A stretch of 63,623 bases of DNA, filler included, from Octopus bimaculoides (taxonomy: Eukaryota): NCBI RefSeq assembly GCF_001194135.2. It is 8 parts of 7 records of this genome, joined end to end, with 100 filler letters (N's around TTAATTAATTAA, not from the genome) between each part and the next. Parts side by side here need not be neighbours in the genome. Positions count along the whole stretch, not along the records: positions 55,143 to 62,255 come from NC_068984.1; positions 62,356 to 63,623 come from NC_068984.1; 6 more parts are not named here. One strand, 5' to 3'. A program made the position numbers and the translations under genes. The notes beneath the pieces are model-generated. The model had not been told where the DNA came from. It did no database searches and worked only from the letters and a program-made list of their open reading frames with translations. Shown here piece by piece: positions 60,614 to 63,623 of this stretch (position 1 is the stretch's first letter; the number at the start of each line of letters is the position of its first letter).

Positions 60614-61928
60614 ATGAAAGAATATATATACATAGATAGATATGTGTGCCATAAATATCGCCATCCATTTAGAGAAAAATTTGTAGTTTTGAATCAGTAG
60701 TTCTTTGACTGCTATTTCTAAATTTTCAGTATGTTGGAGAAGCAACTCAATGCTAATCCCTGTATATTTATGATGATAAATGGTTTTACCGATAAAGGTT
60801 TTTTCATACTGAACTACTTGGCAAAATTGTTAATTATTAATTCTATTATTAATTGACGATTCCCTACCCTTATTCTTGTAGATAAATAGATAGATAGACA
60901 CTCATAGACATGTGTGTGTGTGTGTATGTGTGTGCGTGTGTGTGTGTGTGTGTGTGCATGTGTGTGGGTGGGTGTGTGAAACGGTGTTGAGGAGGTACAT
61001 GCTCAGGAATTTGGCAGATATTTCTACAATTTTTACCCATTTTTGTAGCAAGGAGTCGCACATTTTTTTTTATCGTAGTAAGGAAATGACACAGCGTATT
61101 GATCCTGGTAGCAGTCTACTAATGTCTTCCTTGCTTTTGTTTTTGGATGTTTGTTGTTTCTTTCTTCTTTTCCTCACCTTTCCAATCATCGCTGAAACTT
61201 CTATATGTTTCTATGCAATAACAGTTACTTATAGTTTATAAATTTTTCATATTTTCGTACAAAATGATGTCTACATCGAATGGTGATGACACATCTTGCT
61301 TGTTTGAATATGAGTGGAAATAACAAAGAGACACACGATATTTACAGAACTTGCAACAATAGGCCAACTAAAAAGCGAACGTATTTACGTCTGTTAAAAT
61401 TAAAATTACGGTCACGATTTAGGCAGGATTGTTTTTAATCTGTTTAACCATAGGAGTGTCTATGACCATTGCCATAGATACGCAGTGTTTATGAAAATAG
61501 CCATTTTCAGAGAATCGTAGACTGGTTTGAGGAAAGGAGGATGCTATACTCATCGCAGAGACGTATTTGGAATGCTTGCTATATAAAAGACTCTGCTAAA
61601 GGCATCACCACCCACAGTCAGCTATGGGTGTTAAACCAGATGATGGTTTAACGACTCTAAACAAAATGGAAGCCTTCACAGAAACAAGCATCATAGGTGA
61701 GCCACTAATAGGTGGGATGGAGGGGATGTTACAAAAACTACGGTAATAAATTTCAAATAGCCTGTGGTAACAAGACATTATTCATCGCTTAAATGTAAGA
61801 AGAAAACAAGAAAACAGCAATTATGAGACATTTTCGGGGCCCTTGAGATGTGTGAGAGATAGTAAAGTAAATTATTCTTAGACTAGAAGCACGGCCCGAA
61901 TTGTTACTAAAGCATACAGACACGCGTA

Positions 61929-62217
61929 AGGTGCATGGCTAAGTCCTTAGGGTATTTGGCTCATGATCGTAAGGTTGTGAGTTCAATTCCAGGAGACGCG
62001 TTATGCCCTTGAGCAAGACACTTTATTTCATGTTGCTGCAGTCTTCTCAGCTGGCAAAAATGAGTAATGCCTATATTTCAAAGGGCCAGCCTTTCCACAT
62101 TCTGTGTCACGCTGAATTACCCTAAGAGCTACGTTAAGAGTACACGTATCTGTGGAGTACTCAGCCACTTGCACGTTAATTTCACGAGCAGGCTGTTCCG
62201 TTGATCGGATCAACTGG

Positions 62218-62220
<3 letters not shown>
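61929..62220 (+). mobile_element. Chimeric SINE: family I head/core plus family B tail
   Basis: Matches 54079 up to …CAGCTGGCAAAAATGAG, then matches family B from TTCAAAGGGCCAGCC onward. Confidence 0.8.
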
Positions 62221-62255
<35 letters not shown>

Positions 62256-62355
62256 NNNNNNNNNNNNNNNNNNNNNNNNNNNNNNNNNNNNNNNNNNNNT
62301 TAATTAATTAANNNNNNNNNNNNNNNNNNNNNNNNNNNNNNNNNNNNNNNNNNNN
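62256..62355. other. Assembly join linker N44-TTAATTAATTAA-N44
   Basis: Same 100-bp construct. Confidence 0.95.
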
Positions 62356-63100
62356 ATAAGTTCTGTACGACTCTTTTATTCTTTCCTTTAGCCCACTTCA
62401 CATTTTCTTCGTTCCTTTTCTTTTTCTCGCTCCCACCCTCTCTCACATTTCTTGGCTTTCTCTTCATTCTCATCACTTTCCTTCCTCCTTTACCTCACTC
62501 TGTCTCTTTCCTTTCTTTTTCTCGTCCCTCCCTAATTCTTCAATCCCTCTACCACAACCTCTCTCCTCTCCTTCCACGTGACCGTTGTTCCTCCAAGCCT
62601 GACCTTTCTTTCTTGGTTCGACTACCATCCATGTAGCATCTCTTATATTCCTGCCCATGAATTTCATCTCTTACGTTCTTGCCGTTTGGTTTCACTTCCA
62701 CACATGCCAGCTTAACTTAATTCGTCCTTCGTCGAAATACACCTGTTTTTGATGTCCTGTTGTTTGTATTTGTAATTGTGTAACATTTCTCCGTTTTTCA
62801 TTTTTGTCCTTGCTTTCGTATACATTCGCTTACTTATTCCGAAAGAATCTAGTCCATTTAGCTTAGATTTTCTTAGGGCCGAGAATAACAGGCCAAAACT
62901 GCAAAGACGATCTGGTATTCGACTGAAGATTGAAAACTCCGAATGACCCGTCCTTGTTTTTTTCCTGTCCTTTTTTGTATCATCTAACTTTCTCAATGTT
63001 TTGTTGTCGTCTGTTATGTTCTTGTTCAATTTTTTATAATTTTTTGAAATATATACATATTGCGGCGTACTTACACTTTTGTTCTCCTGTATATAAGTAC

Positions 63101-63173
<73 letters not shown>

Positions 63174-63270
63174 TGTGTGTGTATTTATATATTTATGTAT
63201 GTATGTATATATGTGTGTGTGTGTGCGTATATGTATGGATATATATATATATGTCCATACATATACGCAC

Positions 63271-63623
63271 ACAGACCCAACCACTCGAGAAATACGCTTA
63301 CAAGATCTCAAAAAAACACTGTTACAACGCCAATATCCCTCCACACTCATAGATCTTGGAATAAAACGTGCCAAGGAACTTGACAAAAACACACTAAAAA
63401 CCAACCAACATAATAACACACCCAACCCCAAAATACTTCCATACATCTCCACCCATAACCCCAATAACATCGAAGCATTCACCACAATTAAACAAAACCT
63501 CCCCTTACTCACCACAGACCCGAAAATGAACAATATCATTAATACACACAAAGTCCTTAAATGCAAAAGGCAACACAAATCTTTGAAAACATTATTAACC
63601 AATTCCAAACTACATACACCACT
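63271..63623 (+). mobile_element. Penelope-like element ORF fragment (RT thumb to GIY-YIG linker), continues beyond the window
   Basis: Open frame …RLQDLKKTLLQRQYPSTLIDLGIKRAKEL…ILPYISTHNPNN…LTTDPKM…KRQHKSLKTLLTNSKL. The L-R-YP, P-I-T-NP and R-x-x-x-L-x-x-L-L-S-K-L motifs are typical of PLEs. Confidence 0.78.

Noticed and set aside
61465-61515. Second hammerhead-like motif on minus (CTGAAAATGGCTATTTTCATAAAC)
   Set aside because: Both core boxes are mutated and stems I and III cannot be formed; at most a dead relic.
62712-63608. 298-aa minus-strand ORF
   Set aside because: Its 5' third is the antisense of the Penelope ORF and its middle is microsatellite. The Lys-rich remainder (62712-63050) has no recognisable homology or clear splice signals.

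Overview
Repeat-rich, gap-ridden animal genomic DNA, almost certainly a coleoid cephalopod (Octopus-type). This is inferred from the HTGEKPYHCDICGKSF tandem zinc-finger signature, the SINE landscape and dense CA/TA/ATT/TAGA microsatellites. There are no prokaryotic features and no CRISPR. Two host genes are supported. (1) A spliced minus-strand gene that the ORF track largely misses: I reconstructed 11 exons (27019 to 6374, ~587 codons) from splice sites and phase continuity. Its C-terminus (…ENFDPWELTEKIADAIATDCVAVVLGELQQLSDDVIQQIYEDEF…) resembles the centriolar/ciliary protein Moonraker (KIAA0753/OFIP). It has one GC-AG intron and probably one exon hidden in a gap. (2) A plus-strand C2H2 polydactyl zinc-finger exon with at least 25 complete fingers, cut at its 5' end by a scaffold join. 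The rest is at least five tRNA-headed or related SINE families, decayed LINEs (RTE, CR1-like, R4/Dong-like, Tx1/L1), Penelope-like remnants, hAT and Tc1/mariner remnants and MITE-like fold-backs. Seven N44-TTAATTAATTAA-N44 spacers are assembly linkers, so contiguity across them is not guaranteed. The best leads are: a ~125-bp repeat family whose arrays sit against Moonraker splice sites, including one inverted array; a Penelope-type hammerhead ribozyme motif; a nested fold-back element with a head-to-head telomere-like core; a near-perfect 77-bp hairpin in the last intron; and a Tx1 LINE embedded in (TCTA)n. None is proven novel. Homology calls come from recalled protein motifs, not database searches, and repeat boundaries are approximate.
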